Positions 26,087-37,163 of a DNA stretch of 64,000 nucleotides are shown one piece after another (the stretch's first letter is position 1; the number at the start of each line of letters is the position of its first letter). The DNA comes from Tricharina praecox (Eukaryota). The stretch lies in assembly GCF_024521635.1 (NCBI RefSeq), contig NW_026250404.1, forward strand, positions 372,001 to 436,000. Direction: 5' to 3'. A program made the translations under genes and the position numbers. The notes beneath the pieces are model-generated. The model had not been told where the DNA came from. It made no database searches and was given only the letters and a program-made list of their open reading frames with translations.

Positions 26087-27681
26087 TCAAACCATCCTAA
26101 CCACCACCTTCCCCGCCGCATCCACCCACACGGCTCCATCAATACCATGGTACCCAAAAATATACAGAACACACCATACAATCTCGGCCGTCGCACCCCA
26201 GCAATAGACCTTAACGGTATTCCCCCGTCTCTCCATCTCCCTCCTGCCGGGCGCCTCCCACTCCCGTCCCTGCACCCACATCTCAGTGGTGTCGGCGAAC
26301 TCCTCGGTCTCGAGCGCCATGGTCGCGCAGCCCATGCGCCCCTTAAGGATGCCGTCCTTGACGGCGCGCCAGAAGCGCACTTTCTGCAGCGGGTCGCCCC
26401 AGATGCTCATGTCGACCAGCCAGTGGCCGCGCTCCCAGCGGCATAGCGGACGGGTGATGGCGCTGACGCGCGAGTGGAACTTGCTCGGCATCTGCGTTTT
26501 GACCAGATCGTAGAGGCTGTTGGAGACCTGTGGCGGGGACGAGGAGGTGTCGGCCAAGGGTGCGATGATGACGTAAGGCGGCTCGACGAGTGTGGGCAGC
26601 GGGCACACGCAGTCGAACGGCGGCGGTTGGGCGGGCGAGGAGTGCACGCCGCTGATTTCGGACGCGGGGACGGGCGAGAAGTGTGCTGGGATCACCAGCG
26701 AGGATGCGTCGGGCGCGGGCGTGGCAAATGTTAACACCGGCCCTTTGATCTGCCGGCTGAAGGCGGATATGTAGGATATGGGCGTGGGATGGGGAGTAGA
26801 CGGGACCTGGATTTGGCTGCTGGCGGCCGAGGGTAGCTCTGGCGTGGACTGCAGGTGACGCTCGCAAAGCCGCTGGCTACGTCGTATCTGCTGTGAAGGT
26901 GTATTTTGACTCAGCTGAGACTCTAGTATCAACTGCTGTGATGGCTCATGATCTCCCAACGGTGATAGCAAATCCGCTCTCATCTCAAACCATGGGGTCC
27001 TGGGCACGACCGAGGGGGCCACCTGCGAGAGCGAGTCGGGGATGCTCAAGTCCGAACAGAACGAGTCGAAGGCGTGAGATAGGCTCCTGTACTCCTCCTC
27101 TTCTTGCGGGTTCCGTGGTAGGCATGGTGATCGGTCTATCGCTTGCGGTACGAGGATCTCCGAGTGGAGTTGTGAGGACTTACGTGGTGTCCGGAGTTGG
27201 ATCGCACGGACGGGTGATAGTCGCAGTGACGGTTCTTGGGAAGAGGAATGCTCATTTGCGCTGGAAGTAGTAGAGACCTGTGAGCAGCGACTGCTACTCT
27301 GGAACCGCCTGGAAGATGTCGGAGTCGGAATCGGGACTGTCCATCGTCATCAGCATCCTCTCCCCTCCCTTCCCATCGCAGATTCAACCCACCTCGACAC
27401 GCCCTTTTCGTTGGCCTCGCCTCCTCCTCCTCCTCCTCCTCGACATCAGCCCGCCTCTTGACCGCCTCCCCTATGCGCTCTCTAAACCTTGCCAGCTCCT
27501 CCTCCCCCTCCACCAAAAACAACCTCCTACTCGGCCATGTAACGCGTCCAACATCGATCCTCCGAACCGGCACGAAATCCAGCGTCGCCGCCGCTTGTGC
27601 ACGGTACACGTTATCATAGCCGGCAGTGGTGGGCGCCGCGATGTGCACGAGTACTTCCACGTCGACTTCGGGCGAGGACAT
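26087..27681 (-). CDS. Hypothetical protein, ~512 aa, 2 exons
   Basis: ATG at 27681 (MSSPEVDVEVLVHIAAP). Intron 27392-27337 (GTGGGT...GCTGAT...CAG) joins ORF 27136-27780 in frame to ORF 26087-27049. Globular-looking C-terminus (ERGHWLVD...VKVYCWG...WVDAAGKVVVRM) and low-complexity middle. Confidence 0.75.
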
Positions 27682-27876
27682 CGGAATGCATGTTGCGGGA
27701 GGAGGGGGCGGAGGGGTAGTGGGTGACGGTGGTGTACGAGAATCAGGGATGAGGATTACGGTGCTAGCTACTCTACCCACCTAGGTATTTCAGTGATCAT
27801 GTGGTAGCGTGGATAGGCGTGACATGACGACGATCATGGTTTCCACTCGACATCATCGTTACAACTTACAACTTAT

Positions 27877-29440
27877 CGGTGTCGGGTATGACTATTCGCG
27901 TATAAGGGATTACGGGGGGCTACATACAATACACACAATTTGCCTTCTTAGCCACGCATCTCTTTGTCCGGCGAGGACTCGACCTGGAGAATCCGAGCTT
28001 GCATCAATTACGGGTACCTACTCTAGCGTTCTCACTACGGTACCGCTGTTACACGAGCCGAATGATATCAAAGGCATCCAACCAAGCACAGTGGACTCCA
28101 GCGCTGGATGCTTTTAATATCACTCGGTGCTTGCCATTTGCACTTGGAATTGCAACGAATTTCTTGACCTCATGTCCGTCATTGAAAGTAGTGAATGGAA
28201 GGGAACTCCCAGGTCCCAACAAGAAAACCACTACGCCAGCCCGATGGGCTAGAAGAAGCGAGTCAGTGATTATGATGAGAGTGTGAATGGGGAGACTCAG
28301 TGCTCACTAGACCTCAAACGAGCAGCCTCATTCTTGCTGGACTCGACGGCAGACAAAAGTTGCAAAAGCGGGACGAAAGGTATCACCACCACTACTAATT
28401 CCGGTATGTACGGAGAGGGTTTCGTATCGTCGTCTTAGATATTAACGTGAATGGGATGAGCTAGCTGCTACTCTATTTTAGTGAAAGGTTTCCAAGTGAT
28501 TCCTTGAACTATTGGCAATCGTCCGGGAAGCATTACAAGAGTCAATGAACCCACACAGTTAGAGTCAATGAGCATGAATGGCTCCAGTCACCGAGTAGGA
28601 ACGACCAAGTAAATCCGCGAGACTCCCGGTCGCCTTGGCCGCCACCCCCCTCTGCTCCTCCCTCTGCATCTCCCTCTGCTCCTCACCACTAACCAATCCA
28701 GATTCCACCTGGCAACCCACCCGCCATTCCACCCGGGCTCCTCAAAATACTCCATACAGATGGACTCGCGCAACCCATTCCATTTTTCCATTCCATCCGA
28801 GGCTTGAGGACACCCATTGATTGGGAAATACTGGGTTCGGGCTCTTTCCAAGCTCCTCAGTACTGCGCTCGTTCTGGACGGTTTCTGGTTGGATGTGAGG
28901 CGGCATCACTGGGCGGTTTCATGTGAGCTGCCGCCTCCCAGGACATCAAGTCTCCAACGCAGTGTACAAAATGACGGTGTGGTTTAATGGACAGGTTGTC
29001 GAGAAGGTACATACAGACGAGGGGAGGCAGCTTCTTTGATGTACGTATGGCTATGGCGTTACGACTTTTTGAACCGTGAACAAGGGGTTTCACGTGCTTG
29101 CGGTTTTCCCTTTTCATGCAACCGAACGTGTATCTAGACAGCCGGACAGCTGTCACCAGAATACCTAACCAACTCAGCTTCTTCCCTTACCAGGCTTCAT
29201 TAGGGTCAATCAGAGAATTCTCAGCTGCGTGAGCACATAAGGTTGCGAGCTCCCAAACTTTATTGCCGTGGGAGCCAAGCCTTGGAGTGCCACCAGCTCT
29301 TGGAATGTTAGAGTACAAACTTTCCATCCCGAAGGTGTGCCGAACCTTCGCCGTGAACTCTCGGCCCGTTGGCTTTCGGTATCACGTGCTCCAAAGCTCT
29401 GCCGACACGCCTCAGTAAGTGTAGGCCCATAGGATAGCAC
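27877..29440 (-). ncRNA. Candidate telomerase RNA (TER); ends approximate
   Basis: Template-like UGAUUGACCCUAAUGA (29212-29197). Boundary helix 29362-29350 / 29225-29213. Arm-closing helix 29184-29168 / 28267-28252. Crossing stems at 28234-28160. Core-enclosing pairing 29371-29365 / 28159-28153. 25-bp hairpin 28127-28058. 5'/3' pairing 29408-29402 / 27885-27879. AUAAGU at 27876-27871. G-U pairs mostly favour the minus strand; no CDS in the interval. Confidence 0.68.
28308..28816 (-). mobile_element. Degenerate copy of the 4820-5580 MITE family
   Basis: The reverse complement of 28530-28567 matches 5179-5216 at 32/38. It also contains CCTACTCGGTGACTGGAG (one 23-bp repeat unit), TTTGAGGAGC and GCCAGGTG in the same order, and decayed TIR-like ends (GTCCTCAAGCCT; TAGACCTCAAAC...CTTGCTGG). 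Confidence 0.7.
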
Positions 29441-29832
29441 TCGCCCTCAAAACCGCTCAGCTGTAGTTATCACACCAGCTGGGCGTCCGTTCGATCCAGA
29501 GAGTAAATTTCCAGTCCGTTCGGTCAATACACAACTACAGCAGCCACTTTGACTGGGTCCACAAAAGTTGAACTCGATTGTCGTATGTACATTAGGTATG
29601 TACTACAGCCACCGACAGCCGTTGCCATTCAATTCACGAACAAAGCCCAGTGTTTCATCCCAACCGGCGTTATACCCCTCGGCATCAAGGTGCCATATCC
29701 CGCCTCCCCCCTTCCGCGTGGCAGGAGCAGGTGGGTAGGTATAACAGCAGTGCCCCCCCCTCCCCTTCAGTCACCATTACTCCCAGAACCACCAGCACCA
29801 CCTTTACGTCCCCTCCAGCAGCAGCAGCAGCA

Positions 29833-30225
29833 ATGGCCCCCAAATCCAAACGCAAACGCGCACTGATCAGCGTGCACACGCCGCGCGTCCCCATGCGGCG
29901 GACCTATCCGTGCTCGTGCGTGTCTCCCTGCTCGTGCGTGTCTCCCTGCCCGCACCGCGATTCCGTCCGCGAAGTCCGCCTAGTCCTCGGCCGGCCCGAA
30001 CATATATTACACCACAACGTCCCCGAGGAGAAGCACGAGTGCGCGTGCCACGTGCACTGGAAGTGTGCGGGCGCGTGGGCGCGGAGGAATAAGCGGCGGC
30101 CCAAGAGACTGCCGTGTGGATGTCGTATCGGTGCGAAGGGGAGGGAGTTTTGGAGCTGGAATTGGGGCGAGGACGTGGGGAGAAGGGCGGGGCTGGTGGA
30201 GGATGAGGCGATGGATTATGTTTAA
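29833..30225 (+). CDS. Small basic Cys/His-rich hypothetical protein, 130 aa
   Basis: ATG in good context (GCAATGG) after a (CAG)n leader. N-terminal KSKRKR NLS-like motif; CxC..HxxC...W...CxC pattern. No recognised homologue. Confidence 0.45.
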   Translation: MAPKSKRKRALISVHTPRVPMRRTYPCSCVSPCSCVSPCPHRDSVREVRLVLGRPEHILHHNVPEEKHECACHVHWKCAGAWARRNKRRPKRLPCGCRIGAKGREFWSWNWGEDVGRRAGLVEDEAMDYV

Positions 30226-30908
30226 GGATTGGAGTGTTGAGGATCCTTGGATGTATGTGGATGGTGACTGCCCATGGTATCAGCTATTATTGAGAGGAGA
30301 TCGTCGGTACTGCACAACAACCCCATCCAAGCCATTCAGTAACTCACCCATTTCCTATCACTCGTCATTGATCGCGGAAGACAGCACTCATCAGCGCAAA
30401 TCGATTATCTGAAAAGCGGAGCGTATTCCCCTATTCCCTATAGTAGACACCAAAACCAAACAGAACCCCCTATGTGCGTAAACACATCCTTTAGTTAGCC
30501 AACCAGAAAGAAGAAAAAAAACGATTCCCCGATAGTAATGTAGAGATGTAGAGAAGCACTTTATCACAGCCTATCGTAACTCTAATAGTAAAACACAGCA
30601 TTCCCATCTGCCCCCTAGCCTGATTGGTGAATTGGGAAAACATATTGCGGGAAACAAAAGGCACACAGCACACAAACAGCCCGCTACCATACAAGGAAAA
30701 TGCCAACAAAAACAAGCAAAAGCCACCCTTTACTAAGAAGTACGTAAAAAAGCCCGCGACCGAAACCCCCAAAGAAAAAGATATGGAACAATACGAAAAA
30801 AGAAGATTGACCCCCGTAGTAATTGACCCTGAAAAAGAAAACACGAAAAACACTGGGAAAACCCCTAAAGAAAACGAACACCAGCCTCCCTTCCATCCTA
30901 TGATGCTA

Positions 30909-31483
30909 CTACTGCTGCTGCGTCGGTGACTGTTGCTGAGGCATCTGTACACCAAGACCAATGACCTGCTGCGGAGTCCTAGGACTCTGCAGTCCGCCGC
31001 CCATAAGCTGCTGCTGCTGTGCCTGCTGTGCCTGCTGTGCCTGCTGTGCCTGCTGTGCCTGCTGTGCCTGCTGTGCCTGCTGTGCCTGCTGTGCCTGTTG
31101 TGCCTGTTGTGCCTGCTGTGCCTGCTGGGCCTGTTGTGCTTGTTGTGCCTGCTGCTGCTGTGCATGCTGTGCATGCTGTTGCTGTGCCTGCTGTTGCTGT
31201 GCCTGCTGTTGCTGTGCCTGCTGTTGCTGTGCCTGCTGTTGCTGTGCCTGCTGTTGTTGCTGTGCCTGCTGTGCCTGCTGTGCCTGCTGTTGCTGTGCCT
31301 GCTGTTGCTGTGCCTGATGTTGCTGTGCCTGCTGTTGCTGTGCCTGCTGTTGGTGCACCTGCTGTTGTTGCATCTGCTGTTGCTGCACCTGCTGTTGCGA
31401 CACCTGTTGTTGCTGCAATTGCTGCGGCGGCATCTGACCCATCCTAGGACTTTGCACCATTCCCACCGGTGTAGCACTCCTGC

Positions 31484-31521
<38 letters not shown>

Positions 31522-31789
31522 TGTTGAGCGGCAGCGGCAGCCACGGCAGCGGCAGCTCCAGGCCCAATCGGGCCGTTGGCGCCAATAAGAACGCCTGTGC
31601 CTCCTGTCCCCGCACGGATGGGGCCAACTCCAGGACGCCGAACTTGGGCCGCCATGTTCGAGCTCAGTTGAGCGTGGTAGAGCGCCAGCTGCTTTGCAGC
31701 TTGGACCTGGGCTTGCTCGGGAGTGAGCATCGGGTTTAAGTGCTGGACGCGTGCAACCATCTCGGCCTGTGACGGCAACTGGTGCACCG

Positions 31790-31820
<31 letters not shown>

Positions 31821-34800
31821 GGCTTGGCGTTGCAAGGCTTGAATCCTCATAGTTTGCAACTCCTGCGCGGTGTACTGCCGGTTCGTGTTGGGCTGCATAC
31901 CGGCTGCTGGGTGCCGCATCGCACCGGCGTATTGCGGGTGCAGCGGGTGCTGCATGTTTGGCGAGCGGCCAGCGGCAGGGGGAACAGCGAGGCCGTTGGG
32001 AAGGGCAGCCCCGCCAGCCATAGGAACGGGGGCGGCGACACCTCGACCGGCTTGCCCAGGAATCGGAACGCCATTTGGAAGACGACCAGGCTGAGTGGGT
32101 TGCTGGGTGATGACGTTAGTGTTGTTAATGCACTGGTAACAAAGGAGGGGCTGCTTACACCACCGGCAGCAGGAGTGCGCCCCATTTGCGCCATCAGCTG
32201 CTTTTGTTCCAAAGCCTTGAGATCCTTCTCATGCTTCATGGTCGAAAAGTACTGTGGAGTTCGTAATTGAGTGGTGTTGGGACTGGCGGCCTGTTTGCGC
32301 ATCGCAGCAACTTGAGCAGCTGCGGGAAGTGGAATGTTAGTACGCTGCCGGCTGTAGGTCGCGGTGGAAAAGGGGAACCAACCTCTATTGCTCTGCGCTT
32401 GTTTGCTCATAGTTGTTTCCCGCTTCTTGCACAATTTACGCATCGCTTCCAATTGGGTGAACGTCCTAGTGTTCCTCCTCCTATCAATCTTCGTAGGCAA
32501 AGTTCCACGCCTCTTGAGCTGGTTAACGTGCTGAGTGCCATTTGCGGCGTTATTGATCTGCTGTTGGCTGGCCCGCTGTGCAATCTCAAGACGTTGTTGG
32601 ACACCCTTGTACCATGGCGATTTGGTGAAGTCCTGGGGGATGTTATCGATTGCAAGCCATCGCTCAAAGCATTCCCAGGCGCTTCTTCTGTCGGCGCCGG
32701 AGTGGAAGTCGCCTTCAACCTCCATGTACACGCTAACCAATTGCCAGTTGTAGCTGTACTCTTTCGTGAGTAACCGCAGTTTCTCGTCGTCCTCCGGAGT
32801 CCACAGACTCGGGGCACGGTTCTCGAAGAAACCGGATGGCGGTTGATCCATAGGCGGTCGGAAGAGGTGGCTTCTGATCCTTTGAAGCGTGGGCTTGAAT
32901 TCGGGTCGGAAGAGCGCAACATTGTTTTGCTCGGGATGAAGCGGAATCGGCTTATTAGTCTTGTCGTGATTGCGCGGTCGTCCATAGGCATCCAAGGTAT
33001 CACCATTGACCACCTCGCCCTCTTCGTCCGACTCATCCGCATACATGTCAAAGTTGGGCTCGTATTCGTACCTTCCGCGCTTCCTGAGAGGACGGTCTTC
33101 ATCAACAAATACCATTCGGCCTTGCGAGTACTTGCTCACGGGAATGACGGAGTTCCTTTTCCATTTCTCTTCAGCGTATTCGGGTCGTCCCTGGGTTGGA
33201 GGAGCGGGTGGTGCGTACAAAGGCAGCTGGTCGAGTAGTTCCTGGGCCGCCTTGGTTGGAGGCATGAAGAACACAGTTTCGCCCGGCTTGAGCGAGAACA
33301 AGGTAGCTGGCGGGGGGTCCCGGAGGTGGTCGTACATTCCTATATCATCACCCAGATCCATGACGGCATCTTCATGTACTTCTTCCTTCACAAAGTAATC
33401 TTCGCTGCCCTCATCGTCTGGTGTGCCGCCACTTGCAACAAGCTCAGGCGTCGGGTGGTCAGAGCCCTCACGCATCGTCCGCAACTTGCGCTCTTCCCGG
33501 ATGCCTTTCGGTACCCTCCCCATGGTCTTGCGGTCAACCTGTAACTCATTCTTCTGCTCAACGGAACTATCGTAAAAGTCCTTGCACATGTACGCTAGCT
33601 GTTGAGCTTGAGCGATCTTCAACTTCCTCTCTTCCCTGAAGTCGGTTGAAAGCCACTTCATTTCATTGACCAGATAGTCCCAATGGGCCATTCTCCGCCG
33701 CGGCTCGGGGGCCTTTTGAATCTGTTGCAAGCTCCACAATCCTTGTTCCTGCAGCTCATGAATCCTCTTGGAGATCTTCACGATGGTCGCATCCTGACGG
33801 CTGATGTTATGATCCGCCGTTGAAACCGTCTTCGAAGATTTCATAAGGAGCTCGTTCACCGGGGTGGGCATGCTCTTAACGGTACACCACGGCTCGAAGT
33901 AATCTGGAACTTTAAACTCCTTTTGAGCATCGTCGTCGACGCCGTATCGTGCGAGTGCCTCCAACTTACTGCCAGGTGGAAATGCAGAAGGTCGGCCTCT
34001 TGCAGCACCAGCAGCAGCCTGTTGGGTTCTTCGGCGCGCCATGACTATCAAGCCTTGCTGCTCTTGATCTTCGCGCAATCTCTTCGCCTCGGCCTCGGCA
34101 GCGGCAGCAGCATGATGGGCAGATGATATGACGACTTTGGACAGCTGCGCTTTCGCGCGAGGAGTTGGCCGTTTCGGTCTTGAGGAAGATCGTGTGGAAA
34201 AGAGCGCGGGAGTGACGAATTGAGTATCTTCAGCTTCGGCAGAAGGTACAGCTTGAGTAGAATCGTCCACTTCCTCCCCGGTTGGCTGCTTGTGTTCTGA
34301 TACGGACGTTGCAATTTCTGGTGCCATGGACTCATGACTATTCTGAATTTCTTCAGGCAAATTCTCTGGCAAAGAGATGCCTTCAATAGTGTCTGCGGCA
34401 TTCTGGTCGTCGTCGATATCAGATTGTTCATCCACACCGAGTGCGCGGTCAACACTTTTCGCCTTGGCGGTCGTAATATCGCTCTCGGCCTCTGTATTAG
34501 ATTTTTCAGGATCTGGACCTTTAGCTTGCGTCTCTACGGCTACCAGTGTCGCAGCAGGTTTCGGTGCAACATCCTCCATGAGGGTGTCTTCCTCATCCTC
34601 TTCAGGTTCCGAATCCTGGTCGACGGGTATCATCACAGAATCGGGAAGACTCTTAGCTGGAGAGAGCGCGCGCGCATGCGGTGGTGCTTCAACAGCAGTC
34701 TCAATAGTCTCCGGTTCCGGTTTTCCGGGCTGGACCGGTTCGTTGGGCGTTTCTTCATCAACTGGTTGTGGTTGCGGAGGGGGTGACACCTCGGGTTCCT

Positions 34801-37163
34801 TAACTTCTTCTGGCTCTGGCTCCGGCTCCCGCGATTTCTCCACAGCAGCTGCTGACTCCTCAAAGGCTTCAGTTGGTTTTAATTCGAGGGCTGTTTCGGA
34901 AGTGGGAACCGCAGCTGGCGAGGGAGCTTTGTCGACGATGCTGGACTCAGCACTTGGGACCGGCTGCGCACGTTCTTCTTCCTCTTCCTCCTCTTCAACT
35001 TCTTCCTTCTCCTCTTCCTTTCCTCCTTCCTCTTCATCCTCCTCCACATCCTCCTCCACATCCTCCTCATCCTCCTCGTCATCCAGAGCTTGTTCCCGTA
35101 CCGGCGAAGACGGAACAGAAACAGGTGGTAGTGGATGAGCGGATGGAGCCTGTTTCGGCGACGGCGCGGATGACTTCTGCTGTTCTACCACTGCATGCTC
35201 CTCAATAACAGGAGGCAAGGCACGGACGACTCCATTCGCCAACTGGTTCTCGAGTCTGAGCTGAGCAGATGGATCTGGAGACACTGGGGATCCAACGTCC
35301 ACCGGTTTTGGTGTCGATGGCTGGGGAGCCTCAGTTTCCGGCTCTTCGGCCTCGGCTTCAACTTCCATGGGCACCGGAAGCTCACGCTCCTTCCGCTCCT
35401 CTTCTGCTCTTGCCGAAGTGTCTGGTGGCAACTCATTTGACGGAACAGTCGGTAAATGAATCGCAACCTCATTCTCGTCCTCCACTATGTCATCTGCAAT
35501 TTCCACAGAAGGTAGCGTCGGCTCGACCGGTTTCTCCACGCCTTTGTCCACACTCTGTTCAACCAGCGTTTCCTTCACCTCATCCTCTTCGTTCTGCCGG
35601 AGTGTATCCACCTCAATCGCCTCCTCAACAGTTTCCACTTCACCATTCTCAACAACAGCAACCCCAGACTTTGAAGGTTCGGGGATGTGGTGTGGATCAG
35701 GACTCGTTGCAGAGGAAATGTTGTTTCCAGGTGTAGAGGCATCGCCCTCGACCGAAGAGGCCGGCGAGGACACCTCCGGTTGCGAGGATTCATTTATAGG
35801 CACGACACTCTTGCCGGGGTGATCTGTAACAATTGCTAGTGGTGGTGCGAGCAGTGGAAGCGGACCGGTTTGAGGAGGGGTAGGTGGAGTTTCGAGCGAC
35901 GAAGGCGAAGTGGATGCATTCTTTGCTGGTGGTAGTGATTCCTGCGAATCTGGAATTTCCAGCGGACGAGGAGACTGCCGTTTCACCTTCGTTTTCTTGG
36001 GAGCTGCCTTCCTCTTCTTCCAGACCAATGGTTTCGGTGGGGCTTCTGTTTTGGCGTCAGACATGTGCGTGTCAACCTCGTCGAGCTCTGGTGGGATCGG
36101 AGGAGGGTGGACGCCGGCGGCTTTCTCGCGCTCGTTCGGAACCGCAGTGCTGGATTCCTGGACAACTGGTACGCCACCGATCTCCACCACTGGAGCAGCC
36201 ACATCTTTGTCTTCCTCCTCCTCCTTCTCCGGTGCTAGTGGGGTTATGGAAGTCGACTGCGACAGCGAGATCGGTGAAGGAGTTGATGGAATTGTGCGCG
36301 ACTCTTCCGGCGTTGGTTCGCGCTGTTGCTCTGTCGCGGCTTCCTGTGTATGGCCATTCGTCCGAACCTCGAGTGTCGCTGTGGGTGTAACGTGACGTCC
36401 TGCAATTGTTGTGGGTGGGATGACTGGCGGCGTCGCGATCGTGCGATAGGTGGGCGAGGAGGGGGGAGAAGGGACAGACTCGAGCGGGGCGACGGGAACT
36501 ATTGGCGCTGTAGTAGTGGTAGGAGGTGGTGGAGGTGGTGGGGCACGAGGAGTCTGCGAACGCAACGTTTTCGACGGCGACGACGTCCTCGTAGTAGATG
36601 GCGTCGAAGTTCTACTCGTTGCGCTTCCCTCCCTGATCGCAGTCTCTGAAGGACGGAGCGCAACCGAAAACAGTGAAGATTCATTAAACGTCAACGATCT
36701 GCACGTTTGTTCCGTCAGCAGGCGGCCCTCCGACAAGTCAAACGACCATAAAAGGACCCAGGCATTGGTCATACTTCTCCAAATCATTCTCCTCCAAGAA
36801 TCTTCTCTCATCCTCGTCCGCAGCACCATCGCGCGTGCCCCATTTTGACACTGCATCGAAGCTAGGAAGCGGTTTTGCCCGGCCGAGGTGGCACGACACG
36901 GAGTAGAGCTCCTGGAGCTTTCGTTTCCGCGACTGTACTAACCGTCTATAAAAAAAATCCGAAGCTCGCAATTAGCCTAGTCATCGACTAAAGAATCGCG
37001 TGCCAAAATATCAAACGCATACAGTCGCGTGTGGTGAAACGCGACCGTGGGGAGTCAAGAAATCGGATTTTTGGGCGGGCGGAGGCGACAACACATACCC
37101 AAGCTCATCATGACGCGCCGCAACAGCCTCAGCGCGCAAAGTCTCAATCGACACAGATTCCAT
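30909..37163 (-). CDS. EAF1: Chromatin modification protein Eaf1/Vid21 (NuA4 scaffold; HSA and SANT domains), ~1968 aa, 5 exons
   Basis: HSA region (GLWSLQQ..HWDYLVNEMKWLSTDFREERKLK), SANT domain (WTPEDDEKLRLLTKEYSYNWQLV...RRSAWECFERW) and TPQYFSTMKHEKD. Exons 37163-37099, 36945-36775, 36698-32383, 32319-32159 and 32102-30909 join in frame. Confidence 0.92.
31009..31525 (-). repeat. Coding polyQ / (AQQ)n / (AQQQQ)n repeat in the EAF1 C-terminus
   Basis: Tandem 9-bp (GTGCCTGCT) and 15-bp (GTGCCTGCTGTTGCT) units on the + strand. Confidence 0.95.

Noticed and set aside
29455..29500. tRNA or Pol III B-box (GTTCGATCC)
   Set aside because: No cloverleaf can be formed around it; it is an isolated motif.
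30933..31739. Leu/Cys-rich, poly-Cys and PAV-repeat ORFs on the + strand
   Set aside because: They are antisense and alternate-frame shadows of the EAF1 polyQ repeat.
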